Source: Thermoplasmata archaeon
GTDB taxonomy: Archaea; Thermoplasmatota; Thermoplasmata; SG8-5
Length of the DNA: 43,721 nt
Direction: 5' to 3'
Assembly (NCBI GenBank): GCA_046485165.1
Contig: JAWOHM010000083.1
Coordinates: forward strand, 1 to 43,721
The position numbers were made by a program, and so were the translations under genes. Positions 1 to 13,400 of this stretch are shown here, in pieces. The notes below the pieces were generated by a model. It saw nothing but the letters and a program-made list of their open reading frames with translations, was not told the DNA's origin and made no database searches. The stretch's first letter is position 1. Each line of letters opens with the position of its first letter.

Positions 1-3000
1 GCGAAGCTGTCCAGGGTCAGGTAGTCAACCGTCGGGGTGGGGGCGGCTGTGAAGTCGTTGTCGAATACCATCAGCATGTTCGGCTGCCCGTAGGGGTCGT
101 AGGACGCTTTTCTGTGGCCGAAGACATAGGTGTAGTTGTTGATGTGCTCCAGGTCGAAGACGAATCTGGTCCCGTAGTCATGGTCGCTCATCACCGGCCC
201 GTATGGCCCGTACCCGGTTTCGAACAGGGGATTCGGGCTTGTGGGGTTGTCGCACCATGTCAGGTACAGTTCCCTGTCGCCGTCAGTGTGCGCCCCTTTC
301 AGGTAAGCGCCGTAGGCCCTGTTGCTGTTGACGCCCTCCTCCGAGGTGGTGGTCTGAGGCATCATGAGGTTGTCGGTGGTGTCCCATACAGACCACATCG
401 GGCTCCATGTTCCCGTGTAGTATTGGAAGGTCGCATCCCTGTCCTGGCTGGCATCGCTGCTGTCCCTTTCGTAGTAGAACAGAACCATGTTTCCCAGCCT
501 GTCAATCTCGGTGCTCGGGAAGAAGTAAAACTTGCCCCCGACTGCCGCATCGATGCGGGTCTGCGAGCTCCATGTGGCGCCGCCGTTTGAGGATGATTTT
601 CCGACGCAGGCGATGAGAGTCTGGGTTGCGGTGTTGAGGTCAGTTCCCGAATATCCGAACACTTCCACAGTGATGTAGAACCTGTCCGCGTTCGGGACCC
701 AGTTGACGTTGACCGTCCTGTATGAGTTGCCAGCATCAACACCCTCGCCAAGGGCCCAGGCGTCCTTCTCGGTCCATTCGGTGTATGGCGGGTCTGCGTA
801 GTGCACCTTGATGTAGGAGCATCTAGTGTCTGCCGTGTTATCCATATACCCGCCAGGATTCCATGCGTTGTAGACAATCATCAGCCTGCCCTGGTATGCT
901 CCCGTTGTTGCGCGGGTGATGCCCAGGTAACCCGGGTTCCAGGAGCGTTGGCTGATCGGTATCGGGGGGGACCATTCCCTGCCTCCGTCGGAGGAGAGCG
1001 TGAAGTACACCCTGTCGCCGAACTGCTCGTCCTGCCTGTAGGCACAAGCGATGTAATCCTTGCCGCTTGCGGACCATGAGACGAATGTGGGTGCATCTTC
1101 ATGTGCAGGCGAAGCCGCCACCTCGTACACGGGGGGCGTCTTGCTCGTTACGACATCCACCTGGAACTTGATTTGTGATTGCGCAATCGGAGCCGCGCCG
1201 TCGTTGTTGGACTGTGCTTTCAAGGCCAATGTGTATGTTCCGTTGGCGACCGATCCCACGAGTATCCTGGCGTATCCGTGCACCCTGCTGCCTGCGCTGA
1301 CTGAGACCGGTGATGTCGGTTGATAGCTGTGTAACGTGAAACCGCTCGGCAGTGTCGCGCTCAATGTATAGGCATCATTGGTCGTGCCGCCGTTGTTTAT
1401 CCAGTATGGCACTACGAAGCTGCCGCTCGGCGCGCACTTGAACACCGCTTCGCCGAAATCGTCGCGCTCGGGCACGATTCTCGGCATGTCCATGTTCATG
1501 TTGACCTTGTAATTGGACCCTACGACTCCGTTGTAGGCTGAGTTCACGTCATAGCTCGCGGCCATTCCTCCTGTCACAGCGATGGTGAAAGGCCTTGCGG
1601 TGGATGATTTCCACACGACTTGTATGTTCCAAGTGCCTGTCCTGGGTGTCTCGATGCGGACTATCTCCACGTTGTTCTTGTCGTCGCCGCCGTCTTGGGC
1701 AGTGTCCCAGTCATAGGCGCCGCCGCCGACCCATGAGGGGAAGGCGCAGGTCGCCCAGTCTCCCGGGAACCCTGCCCGTATCGGTGTGGACCATGATTCT
1801 TTGAATGCATTTCCTTCATATCGCGTTCCGTCCGGACCAGTCACAACCAGGTCGAGGTCGTAGGTCAATGCCGGGTCTCCCACAGCATCCCAGTGAACCA
1901 GGGTGACCTTCAGCGGCACGGTCCTGTCGATGACGACCGTGTTCAATTGCGTCGAGGCGTCCCACGACCCGCTTCCGATGCCGGAAGCATGGTGGTACCA
2001 CTGCAACACATTGGGGAAGGCCGGCGCTATGGAGTTCCTGACATTCACGCGGCCCCAGCCCTGGTCAAAGGACGGGTATCCCAATCCCATGTCCTCAGCA
2101 CCGTGGATGAGGAGTGCCTTCATGAGCGTGGAGTGGGGCGCGGCTATGCCCTTTACGTCAACCAGGTAATCCCTTATCAGGATGGTGTCGCCGGCCGCTG
2201 CCGGGCAGGCCATGGAAGTTCCCTGGAGTGACACGTAATCTCCCTTGCCATCGGTGTTTTGGTCGATTAGTTGGTTCTCATTGTAAAGCCCGGGCACTTC
2301 CGCCTCGGACATGGCGCTGTTCTTGGTGGAATAAAATGCGGTCCCGATCTCCACGACGTCCGGTTTGAGCCTGCCGTCCGCGGTCGGGCCCCTGCTGCTG
2401 AAGGATGCCAGTTGGTTGTAGTCATCCGATGAATCGAAATCAATCGGGCGGAAGTTCTCAACTGCGCCCACCGAGATTCCCAGCTTGCCGTTGCCGCCGC
2501 CGCTCACCGTGTTCGTCCTGGGGCCGTCATTGCCGGCCGCGAACATGACCAATGAGTTGGCATTGCTGTTCATGAACGTGTCTGCCGCTGAATCATACCC
2601 GTTGGATATCCTGCTGGGCCCCCAGCTGTTGGTGAAAATCCTCGCTCCGGCCGTGTAGCCGAGGCTCCATTCGGTATCCGTCAGTTCTTCTCTGTAATAG
2701 AGGGTAGCCTCGGGTGCCCTGCCAGCGAACCCCATCCTGTCCGGCCTGTTCGCATCATTAGAAGTGGCGAGCTCGTTGTAGATGCGGTTCGTTGTGGTCA
2801 GGCCAAGGTATTGCTCCATGCTGTAACCGTTGCCTAGCGCACATCCGGCGACATGCGTTCCATGGTATTCACTGGTGCTGCTTGCCTCGGAAAATGTGAT
2901 TCTGTTGCCAAGGGGTCCCTGGGTGAAGTCCCTGTGCGTATTGTCGAATCCGATGTCCTGGACGTGAAGAATTTGCCCCTGGCCCATGATATTGGCCGGC

Positions 3001-3878
3001 AGGTTTGAAACGGTGTTCACCCAGACGTCATGGGCTTGCACAATCCTGCCGCCCACGTTGCCGAGAGTCTTCATCTCTGGGAGATTCCATACGAGCTTCA
3101 CGGATTCCATTCCCGCCACCGTGGGCAGCGCGGTTGAGTCGATGTAGCATTCGGCGCCGCCGAAATTGTTGTCGGTGATATCAAAGGCACCGAGGTTGGC
3201 CAGTTCGTCCATGATGCCGGGCACGTCATCCATGCCGTATGCCTCAACAGTTATCTTGACGATGCCGGTCGAGGGAATGTCCTTGTCCACCTTGAAGCCC
3301 GGTTCATAGACGCCGACCCACTGGACGTAGTCGAGCTTCTCGACATTAGCCCTCTGGTTCTCGGTCATCTTCACGACTACGAGGTTGTCGCCTATCTCGC
3401 GGAGTATCTTCCCGGAGAAGGCCTTAACGCCATCGTTCCAGGCCGTTTCGGTTGGTGCAACGAATTGCACCAGGTACTCATTTGAGTTCGGGTTGCGCCA
3501 TTCGGCCGCAAGCTCATAGCCAACCAGGCTGTCGAACTGTATTCCCTGCTCTGGCAGGTTGACAACCGTTCTTTCCGGCATGTCACTCATTTCGAAGCGC
3601 TGGGAGAGGTAGGTTTTTTGGCTCTCGGTCACTTTGACGTATGCTCCATACTCTCTCAAGCTCACAATGTTGGCTCCAATATCCCTGGCCGCATTTGCGT
3701 GTTCCGGTGCGGCGAAGTTCACCCAGGCGTAGGCAGTCGGACCCGCGGCATCCGGTTGGATGCCAGTTGCATCCGTTTCAATGCCTTGTGTCAATGCTAT
3801 GCCCGGCACAATCATCGCGAGCGCGATGATTATTGTTGCCATTCTCAAAATAGTCTTTCCATATTTGTCATTGCCCAT
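1..3878 (-). CDS. Secreted subtilisin-like (S8) serine protease with a C-terminal Asp-box/BNR beta-propeller-like region. Partial: the 3' end runs off the left window edge (at least 1292 aa).
   Basis: The ORF track omits it because there is no stop inside the window. My own minus-strand translation is open from ATG 3878 to position 1, and the track lists no other ORF in that frame. GGAGG lies 8 nt upstream of the ATG. The N-terminus MGNDKYGKTILRMATIIIALAMIVPGIALTQG looks like a signal peptide. S8 motifs seen: HVQDIGFD (about 2944-2970), EYHGTHVAGCA (about 2850-2880), FAAGNDGP (about 2527-2545) and LQGTSMACPAAAG (about 2200-2225). Asp-box motifs SSDGGREWS (about 965-1000) and SSNGGATWS (about 567-600) follow. 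Confidence 0.85.
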   Translation of the reverse strand, partial: MGNDKYGKTILRMATIIIALAMIVPGIALTQGIETDATGIQPDAAGPTAYAWVNFAAPEHANAARDIGANIVSLREYGAYVKVTESQKTYLSQRFEMSDMPERTVVNLPEQGIQFDSLVGYELAAEWRNPNSNEYLVQFVAPTETAWNDGVKAFSGKILREIGDNLVVVKMTENQRANVEKLDYVQWVGVYEPGFKVDKDIPSTGIVKITVEAYGMDDVPGIMDELANLGAFDITDNNFGGAECYIDSTALPTVAGMESVKLVWNLPEMKTLGNVGGRIVQAHDVWVNTVSNLPANIMGQGQILHVQDIGFDNTHRDFTQGPLGNRITFSEASSTSEYHGTHVAGCALGNGYSMEQYLGLTTTNRIYNELATSNDANRPDRMGFAGRAPEATLYYREELTDTEWSLGYTAGARIFTNSWGPSRISNGYDSAADTFMNSNANSLVMFAAGNDGPRTNTVSGGGNGKLGISVGAVENFRPIDFDSSDDYNQLASFSSRGPTADGRLKPDVVEIGTAFYSTKNSAMSEAEVPGLYNENQLIDQNTDGKGDYVSLQGTSMACPAAAGDTILIRDYLVDVKGIAAPHSTLMKALLIHGAEDMGLGYPSFDQGWGRVNVRNSIAPAFPNVLQWYHHASGIGSGSWDASTQLNTVVIDRTVPLKVTLVHWDAVGDPALTYDLDLVVTGPDGTRYEGNAFKESWSTPIRAGFPGDWATCAFPSWVGGGAYDWDTAQDGGDDKNNVEIVRIETPRTGTWNIQVVWKSSTARPFTIAVTGGMAASYDVNSAYNGVVGSNYKVNMNMDMPRIVPERDDFGEAVFKCAPSGSFVVPYWINNGGTTNDAYTLSATLPSGFTLHSYQPTSPVSVSAGSRVHGYARILVGSVANGTYTLALKAQSNNDGAAPIAQSQIKFQVDVVTSKTPPVYEVAASPAHEDAPTFVSWSASGKDYIACAYRQDEQFGDRVYFTLSSDGGREWSPPIPISQRSWNPGYLGITRATTGAYQGRLMIVYNAWNPGGYMDNTADTRCSYIKVHYADPPYTEWTEKDAWALGEGVDAGNSYRTVNVNWVPNADRFYITVEVFGYSGTDLNTATQTLIACVGKSSSNGGATWSSQTRIDAAVGGKFYFFPSTEIDRLGNMVLFYYERDSSDASQDRDATFQYYTGTWSPMWSVWDTTDNLMMPQTTTSEEGVNSNRAYGAYLKGAHTDGDRELYLTWCDNPTSPNPLFETGYGPYGPVMSDHDYGTRFVFDLEHINNYTYVFGHRKASYDPYGQPNMLMVFDNDFTAAPTPTVDYLTLDSF

Positions 3879-4289
3879 TTTACTATCCTCCTTACCATTC
3901 TCAATTTGTGGGAACCGGCCGCATTTGAACAATAACGGCACGAATCCGTTTGTCACTATCGTATATGTTTTTGACCCTATTTAATATTTCTGCAATATTC
4001 TCTTTATCGGTATTAAAGGGTTTTGATGCAATGGTATTAATTGTTTTTGCCGATAAATCCGCTCCGCGACAATCGGGGCAAGCGCTCCGGGGGTGCGGCA
4101 TTCTTTTTTGCCAGCCGAGAGAATTTTTGCCTCGGCGCCGCTTTTTTCAATAAAATTATTGTATTCAAACAATAATAATATGTGGTGTGGATTCAGCAAA
4201 TTATAAATAAGAAGCTAACATATCCTTTTTTACAAAAATTACTTTATCATAATATAGCATTGATAAAGCAAGACCGGGAGAGGAAGGAT
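3879..4289. promoter_or_regulatory. AT-rich divergent control region between the two giant S8-family genes
   Basis: This 411-bp block is visibly AT-rich next to GC-rich coding DNA. TATA-like runs include aaattataaataag (about 4198-4211) and cataatatagc (about 4249-4259), about 30-35 nt before ATG 4290. There is a palindrome TTATTGT-N6-ACAATAA (4156-4175) and a hairpin GCCGAG-N11-CTCGGC (about 4113-4135). SD-like GGAGG or GGAGAGGAAGG precedes each start. Confidence 0.5.
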
Positions 4290-4403
4290 ATGCCGACCAA
4301 CAAATCGACAAGCTTTGTTTGCGTGATGATGACTGCCGCTCTGATATGGAGCTCTTTCGGCGTGGGCCTTCTGTCCGCGCCTGCGATGGTGGAGGCGGAA
4401 GCC
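4290..4403 (+). other. Predicted signal peptide of the giant protein
   Basis: Basic N-terminus (MPTNK), hydrophobic core (FVCVMMTAALIWSSFGVGLLSAPAM) and an Ala-x-Ala-like VEAEA end. Judged by eye only. Confidence 0.6.
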
Positions 4404-7400
4404 ATCGAGTTGAATGATGTGTCCGGCCAGATGTCGGAAGGAACCCCCACAAGCACACAAAAGCCGGGCTTCAACGAAATGGAGGTATCTGGCGACGGTT
4501 ACCGCTCCAACTCATATGGCGGTTGGAGCTATGACCCCGCATCAGCCCCCGCCAACTGGAGCTTCAGAGACGCCCACAATGTTCCCCAGACAGGTTACAC
4601 GGGTGAAGGCGTCACCGTGGCAGTTGCGGATACCGGCATTGACTTTGGACTCCTGAACCTAGCCGGCAAGTACATGGTGGACGACGACCCCGAATCGCCG
4701 TACCATGGCTGGCCCGTCGCTTTCGATGCATACGGGCTGCCCGAGTTCATTCTCGCCAAGGAGGCCAGGCCAGACATGGGGGGGATTGCCAACACAACGC
4801 TGAATGGCACAGGTCCATTCGACATTGAGCATACCATAAAGGTTGATGGCCAGAAGGACTTCACCCGCAACGAGCTGGTCAGCGAGGACAAGATGGACGA
4901 TGTCAAGACCAGCGGAACCGCATCCGGTTATGAATTTGATTTAACAGAGTTGTGGGCAACCAGGGACGCTGATTTCTGGTATGCTGGACTGAAGACGCGC
5001 TACGGGGCAATGAACAGGACATTCGGTTTCGCCCTGGATTTCGACGGCCCGGCGAGCGGCTCGATTGATGACCCCCACGGCAACCTTCTCGACTTCGAAG
5101 CGTCTCATTCGGCACCCATCGAGCAGGTGTCATATTCCCCCATAAAGAACCTGGTCGCCTCATGCGCGGCATCGGGCTCAGACATCGCGACAACGAAAAG
5201 TTATGAGGTGAATTCCGTAAAAATATGGGATGTGGATGGAGCCCTAGTCCGAGCCCTCCCGAATGAGCAGTACCCGGTATTCTCGGCGATATGGAACCCC
5301 AACGGCACGCTCCTGGCATATGAGACCACCATGGAGATCGTGGTTTACGAGACAAACACATGGACAGAGGTCCATCGCGTGGAACACTCCAGTTCACCCA
5401 CAACATCATATTATCGTGAGGCCATGTCCTTCAGCCCCGACGGCACAGTGCTGGCGGCAGGGTCCATCGAGGCAACCAACCGGATACAGATATTGAATGT
5501 GGTGACCGGTGAAACGCTTCGCCCGTTGGTCCCATCCCCCGCCATGTCCGTGGTTTTCAGCCCCGACGGGACAAGCATAGCCCTCGGCCTTTCAAACGGA
5601 AAGGTCCAGCTCATCAATTCAACGAATTATCAATACACGGGCCTTCTGGAGAGCTCGGACACCAGCGCCGTAGAGACTCTGGCATGGGACCCGGACATGA
5701 AATTCATTGCCACCGGGCGAAATCTCGGGGGCCAGGTAGAGATATGGAACCTGACGAACGGCAACAACAGCTGCCAGTGGGGCGATGGCGCGAGCGTCAT
5801 TGAAAACATCACGATAATGAACAACACAGGCAACAGGATTAACGAGATAGACAGGTTTTTCTTCCGTGGCATCCCGAACGAGGTTAATGTCAGCGGCATC
5901 GAATCCTATCAGATAAGCACCAACTATTCACAGAACCTGCAATATTCGGCCATCATGCCGTCCGGCCAGAACTTCACCTGGGGCATGAGAGTGTGGGTGC
6001 GTAACCCTCTTGGAACGGAAGATGAGCTGACTGGCGGTGCCGCGGAGGCAATTGTGTACAGGAATGTCGATGGCAGTGGAATCCAACAAGGCGTTTGGAC
6101 GCCACCGAACCGGACCCTCTCCGCAACCGATTCCCTGGTGATAAGGATATACCAGGGCAGCGATGTGCCTGTCCCCGACCAGTTGGTGACCGAATTCACA
6201 ACGCATTTATTCGGCAACATAAATGGAACAATCGCAAGCCTCAATTCCAGCGCCTGGCGTGTCAACTATTTCACGAGGCGGAACATGGCAAGCATTGAGA
6301 CGGCGATGGCCGGTCACGATGTGAACTCCCCGGTCAACACAATTAAATGGACTGATTCCCAGATAATCTCGGGTTCGGATGATGGCACGGTCATATTCTG
6401 GAATCCGGTCACTTTCACAGCGACAAGCACGAAGGAAAGCCGATACAATTCTCCGGTTCTTTCCCTGGATATCAAACCGGGCACCGGCGAGCTGTTCGTC
6501 GGAACCCAGGACTGCACCGTGAGGAAGTACCCCGCAACCTGGACGAATGAACCGATTCCATTCGCGGCCCACAAGCCGGATATAATGATTTACATACGTT
6601 ATGAAAGAGAGTACTATAACCAGAACATGGAGCTCACGGTATTTGATGAGATTGGGGAGCCAGATGTCTACAAATGGAATGGGGCAGAGTGGCTCAAGAC
6701 AACCATGGACGAGATATTCGGCAAATCATTCTACAAAGGCAATCTTGCCGGGGAATGGACCGAACACGGCTTCATCGAGATAGCGCTGCCGCGCAACTTC
6801 ACGGCATACCCCGACCAGTATGAGATGTACATCAACGCTTTCATCTGCGGAGATAATGCATCAAGGCCGCAGGACACAGTGCCATCGGACTGCAACGTGC
6901 CCTCGGTCAATGTGGACTGGTCCGGCACCAGGATGACCACGCTCAGCGCGTGGGGGAAGGTCGAGATGCAGAAGGTCGCCCTCAACCACTCCGCAATAGC
7001 AAGTGTCCGGCCATTGGACAATCGTTCATACCATTTCGGCTACCACCCCAGTGGTGCCCTGACGAATCTGTTCGGCTCGGCACTCCCGATGATAGTCACC
7101 GAATCCGCCACAGCCGGAATTTGGGACCGGGTGTATGTCGATATGAATCTCGACTATGTCATAGATTCCAACGATCCTTTCGTGGACAAGGACAACCCAT
7201 TGCTTACCGTGGATATCTGGGACTATGACCCGGTTTCCCGAACCGCCGTGCCGGGCGAGGATGGCGTGCCGGACATATCGGGCGGGTTGCTGTATTTCAT
7301 AGCAGACGGTGAGAACCTGATGCCGTACTCTGAGAGAGTTTCAGACATACTGGTAGATGCCGAGAGGGTGTTGATACCATTCGGCACAACAGACAATCCC

Positions 7401-10400
7401 TGGAACATACCCAGGAATGGCGAGGTCGTGGCCTTCTTCGGGGATTTCGATTACGACAGCAACCAGGACATTGTGTTGTCGAGCGGCACCAAGATGGCAT
7501 CTGCCATTGCTGGCTCCGGCCTCACGGAGGGGCTGTTTTCCCCGATAGAAGGGGTCAGCCCGAACATAACATTCCTTCCGATATGCAATGCCCATTATGA
7601 CCTGCCGATGGCCCTGTACTTTGCTGTCGAAGGCTATGATGGCATTCCGAATTCCGGCGACGAGGCTCAGATAGTGTCGGTCGGCCCCTATGTTACAGGT
7701 TATGGCAATGGCTTGGATTCAACAACCCAATTCGTGGAATACCAGGTCAGCAGGACAAACAACAGCGCCGTCTTCATATCGCCCGCGGGCAATGATGGCA
7801 GCGGATACGGGACTGTTGCGGCGCCTTGCGGAACGAACACGCTCGTCGTCGGCTTTGCCGAGGATAACACATTCATTGCCAGCGGCGGAGATGTCCATCA
7901 TTTCGGCCAGGTCAGCGAGCTATCTTCCAGGGGCCCGACCGCAGCGGGCCTCGCAAAGCCCGATGTGATTGCGCTCGGAATAGGTGAAGTCGATACGCCA
8001 TTGGTAATATCCAAGTCATTGCAGAATGCCGTTGGGGGAAAGAGCCAAGAAGTCTGGAAGGGGAGCGAGATGGCCACGGCAGTCACAACGGGCGTCATGG
8101 CATTGATATTCGAATCTTACGCAGAGAAACATGGCGGCGCTTATCCCTCTACCCAGGTGGCGATGGACATTATCCGTTCCTCCGCGACAGACCTGGGCTA
8201 TGATCCTCTGGCCCAGGGCGCGGGATTCGTGGACGCCCTCGCTGCTGTCAGGACAGCCAAAAATGAGGAAGGCCTTGTGATATCTGCCCAGAAGACGTCC
8301 TTCGGAAACACATTCGGCTCTTCGTATGATTCGTTCATAAACGTCCTTGCGCCTGGAGAAAACAGCGCATTGCCAATGAACATTCAGAACCCCACAAATT
8401 CATCAAAGAATGTCAACTATGGATTTGAGTATATGACCAGAACCAAGGCCGATGAGATGACCCAAATAATCGAATCAAGCTCGTTGGACGGGTTCAAGGG
8501 CGACATCTCCGGGATGGTTTCCATAGATGCCGAATTGGTCAAGGTAACCGCCCAGACCGATTATGTCTGGACGGAGCCATGGGTGAACGGCACCGGCGTG
8601 GATGTCAAGGACTTCGCATCCGTGAGCGGTTCCTTCTTCATGAAACTCTGGGACTGGGTGGACGCCCAATCTCCCGGGGACCCCAAGCACGGAATAATCG
8701 ACACAGATGATGATTTAAGTTATCTGACCGGCGTCGATTACGGGCATGTCAATTCGATGATATGCACATTGTCCAACCCCCATCGCAGCCTGGCTGGAAA
8801 ACTGGTTGTGGAGATAAAGGCCGATATGGCCGCGGGCAGTTCAATTCCGGATCGGCCTTGGAAGATAACGGTCGAGTCATTCGTCACAACATCGATGGAC
8901 TGGTTTGACACATCCAAGACTGCAGCGAGCATTGCGGGCGGCAACACGGACACAGTCAATCTGAATGTTGACGTCCCTGCAGACGCCCAGTCCGGGACAT
9001 ATTCGGGCGCTTTCGTGGCGTCCTATGGCATAAAAGAAGTAAATTGGACGCAAAACATAACGCCCGCCGCCATCGATGCGGAGTTCCTCACATCATGGAA
9101 CGCAGCTTCCAAAGGCAATTACTGGGACGGGGACATCACAACGCCGCATCCCATTGATTACGGGAAGTTTGACTACCACCCGCTGGCCACTCCCGCCGAT
9201 ACTTACTCAACGAGCCGCACCCCAATGCCGCCAATTCTGATAGTCGGCAATGCGAATTTCACCGAGGGCAATGGGGTTTTGCGCGGCGACGGTTCCGTCG
9301 CGGATCCGTACATAATCGAGAACTATGACATCGGTGGCACTACCCATAAACACGGTATTGAGATCATGGATACGGATGCGCACTTCATAATCCGCAATTG
9401 CGCCATACATGGCAGGACGGATACGATGAATGGCATATCAATGAACAATGTCACGAACGGTGTCATCCGCGAGAGCGAAGTATATACAAACACGGGAAGC
9501 GGAATCTACATTCTGGATTCCAATGGATTGTTGATAGAAAACAACCGCATAGAAGGGAACGACCAAATGGGAATAGTGATATCGGGTTCAATTGCTGTCT
9601 CCTCAGACATCATAGTTCAAGATAACGATATATCACTATCTGTCACAACCATTTTGTTGTCCTATGCCAACAACATCACCATTATCGGAAATGACTTGCA
9701 CCATTCCGCTCTTGGCATGGAGCTATACACAATAGTCGATAATTTGATTGCTGGCAACAGCTTCCACAATATTTCAATGTATTGCATGTATCTCTATGGG
9801 GTGCAACGCAATGAGATATCATCGAATTGGTTCGATGGCTTCAGCGATGTCGTACCATCGCTATGGCTGGACTCGACATCCGATCCGGTCGGCAACGCGA
9901 CCATCAACAACATAATCTCCGGAAATGATTTCGTGAACTGCGTCGCCACCCATGCCTATGACGATGACCCTGGTGCCACCAACAATTGGACCGGTAATTA
10001 CTGGGGGGGCAGCTACGGCATCAATGATGGGGGAAGCGGTTCCGGGGTGGCGGACAATGCCCAGGAAACAGGCCCGGTTGCCTCGGCCCGGGATTATTAT
10101 GTCCCCAGAGTCCCGATAACGATAGAGGCCAATGCCGGTTTCACGCCGGCAAACGGTGTTGTCAGCGGCAACGGAAGCGAGCCCAATCCCTATGTCATAG
10201 CCGGATGGGGCTTGAACAACAGCGGCAGCCCCCACGCCATACTCATACAGGACACAACCGCCCACTTCGTGATAATGGACTGCCTGATATATGGCAACGC
10301 TACAGGCAGTGGCATCATCCTTTCCAATGTAGCCAACGGCACTGTCAGGTCCAACGAATTCCACACGCTTGCCGATGCGATTCATGTAGAGGAATCGATT

Positions 10401-13400
10401 GATTTCTCTATTATTATGAACAACATTCACGACTCAGCAACAGCCATTCATGTTCTGGAATCAGAACTCGGAATGATATCATACAATGATATAAGTTCAT
10501 GCATTCATGGCATATACCTGCAGTCCTCAACGTCATGTGAACTTTCCTGCAACCAGATTGCAGGGAACGCCCTCACCGGCATATTCAACGAATTCTCGGA
10601 TGAGAGTATAATTAAAGACAATACTATCATTGGAGTAACCAAGGACGGAATTCATCTCAAGGAATCTGGGGATTGCGAGTTAACTTTCAACAACCTCACC
10701 TCGAATGGGTATGGCATTCATTTGTCCAATGCCACAGGTATAAATGAGCTGAACAACAACAACTTCTTCGGAAACACGGTCCATGCATGTGACGATTTCA
10801 CCTACGAGCAGATTGTTTCCCTTGTCAAATTGCCCAACACCCGGGTCACAGATATCAATGTCGAAATCGTGGTGATGAAGCCAGATGGTTCGATTGAGGA
10901 ACTCGGGCCAGGCAATTACACAATCTACCAGAAGGCCGGAATGATCGAGATGGCCGTCCCGGTTCGGCTGGATCAGTTCAGAATGGATGTGGACAGGGCA
11001 TTCTACATATGGGCAAATTACACTTACTTCAGCAATACGGGCATAGTGCCAATTACCCTGAACGTGATGGCGTCCACAACCGCCGAGTTCAGTTTCGGCG
11101 ACATGAACGCCACCGAGACGCCAAACATCATGCCAGTCTGGGGCCTGAGAGCCGGCCAGGGCAATTCCCTGGAGAGTGGCGACCGCAGGTACTTCTATGT
11201 CAATGTCCCGAACCAGGGCAGGTTCGGCCCAGGGCAGGCCGAGAATTTCTACCTGTACACGGAATTGATGTGGGGCCTGAATCGCAGTGACATCAACATT
11301 GTCGTCTATGGCAAGGGCGGTGCCCCAATATCCGGCCAAGTGGCGCCTTATGTCATGTCAAAGCTCGGCGGCAGCGAGGAGAAGGCGGATTTCAGCCCGA
11401 CAACCGCAACCGGCGGGCCCAAGGACATATTGGTCACATCATTCAATCATGAGATACTGGCGATTTGCGTCTCATCCAAGACATTTAATGGATCTGGCGA
11501 TTCGCTGACAAGGTTCGAGGGCAGGGGCGGATGGCTGAAACTCGGCGAGACCAGCCCCAAGACCTGGACGAACAGCCTGGTCGGAAGCATGGATGTTTCA
11601 ATACAATCCAATTTGGAGCTGTCCTCGGGGATTTATGCGTCCATCGTGGGCCCAGCCCAGGGCGCCAGAACCACCGAAGACATATACCAGGATGACCTAT
11701 CGCTGTACGACCTAAGCACCATGGAAGGGTGGCTCACAATGAATGCCGTGGCCGGTTTCACCAAGGTGTTCACGGTGGAGAACGCGCTCAGCTGGGATGT
11801 GCACATATTTGGCGATGCCACATGCCCGGACCTTGACCTTGCGGTGTTCATGGACGGTTTGAACGGCCAACCGAAAGACGGAATTGCCCAATGGCAGGAG
11901 ATAATCACCCAGGACGACATGGATTTCGAATCATATGGTCAGACCTATGGGACCGGAAGGTACGCCTACAGCGCCGATGCGGATGCGGACGAGGCAATCA
12001 AGTTCATCAGCCCCCCGAATGGCGATTACATCGTGAAGGTGCTGGCCTATACGGTCAACGCAGCACCCGGCCATTTCGACCTCGAGGTCAAGACGATATT
12101 TGCAGGTGTCGAGGGTTATAAGCTCCTGAGTGTCAACACGCAGTACACCGACGAGAATGCCACCAGCGGAACTTACCTGAACGCATCCGCGGTGAAGCGT
12201 TTCGATGTGAGAACGTTCAATGTGTTGTGGTCCTTCCCTGAGGACACCAAGGACGATGTCTACGGCGGCATATTCGTTCTGGGCATACCGGAAGCCCCAC
12301 AGCTGTTGGTGTTCTCCATCGACATCGTATTGGACAGGGAAGCCCCCCTCCTCTTCCCCGATTTCACCGGACCAAATTCCATAGTCTCCAATAATAGGCC
12401 GACCATCAGCGCCAAGATAGAGGACTTCGAGAGGGGCGAGATAGACCCCAATGGGGCCAAGGTCATTTTCGATGGCGTGGACATTACCAGCATCGCTACG
12501 ATATCCATACCGCTCACCGAGAACTCCGCGGAACTCGAAGCCTACTGGTCCGGGAATATAATCTACAAGCCGGCCGGGCCATTGTCAGAAGGCGGCCACA
12601 ACATATTCGTCGAGGTCAAGGACAAGGCCGGGAACGCCCGCTCGATATCCTGGGGCTTCACGGTGGACACGACAAGGCCGTTCATAACAATCAACGGTCC
12701 CGTCGAGACAATCAATACCAATTCAAGGGCATATAGGTTGGAAGGGGCCACCGAGGCGAGTTCCACATTGAGCATCGCTGGCGTCACCGGGGCCGTGAGG
12801 CAACGCAGCGACAATACGTTCACCATAGACCTGGAACTTGAAGAGGGCGCAAACCTCCTCACCATCAGAAGCACCGACCAGGCAAATAACGTACATGAGG
12901 TGTCCAGAACGCTGATACTTGACACCCAGCCATCAACCTTCAAGCGGGTCGTGGCGCTGGACGGCACCACAACCAACAGGAGGACGACCGGCATATACGG
13001 CGAGATGAGCGAACCCGGTTCCCTGCAAATCAACGGAATGCCTGTTCGGGTCAACAGCGACGGCACGTTCAGGCATGAGGCTATCTCCCTGATAGAGGGC
13101 CGCAACCCGCAGGTTCTGGCATTCACCGACCTTGCCGGAAATGTCGCGTACAACTACATGAACATCACGCTGGACACCGCAGCGCCGGTGCTCACGCTGA
13201 CGGACATCGATGCAACGGTCTATTCCGAGGCGCTCAACATCACGGGAAAGACCGAAGCCGGTGTTGCCTCGCTCACCATCAACGGGTGGCTGGCAGCCGT
13301 GGACTCCGCCGGCAACTTCCAGCAGAGCCTGAGGCTCAGCCCCGGGACCAACACCATCGTCGTGGAGACCAAGGACCGCGCAGGCAATTCCGCCCAGGAG

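Noticed and set aside
4182-4289. N-terminal 36-aa extension of the giant ORF (MVWIQQIINKK...)
   Set aside because: It lies in the AT-rich promoter region, has no SD, and precedes a much better start (SD plus signal peptide) at 4290.
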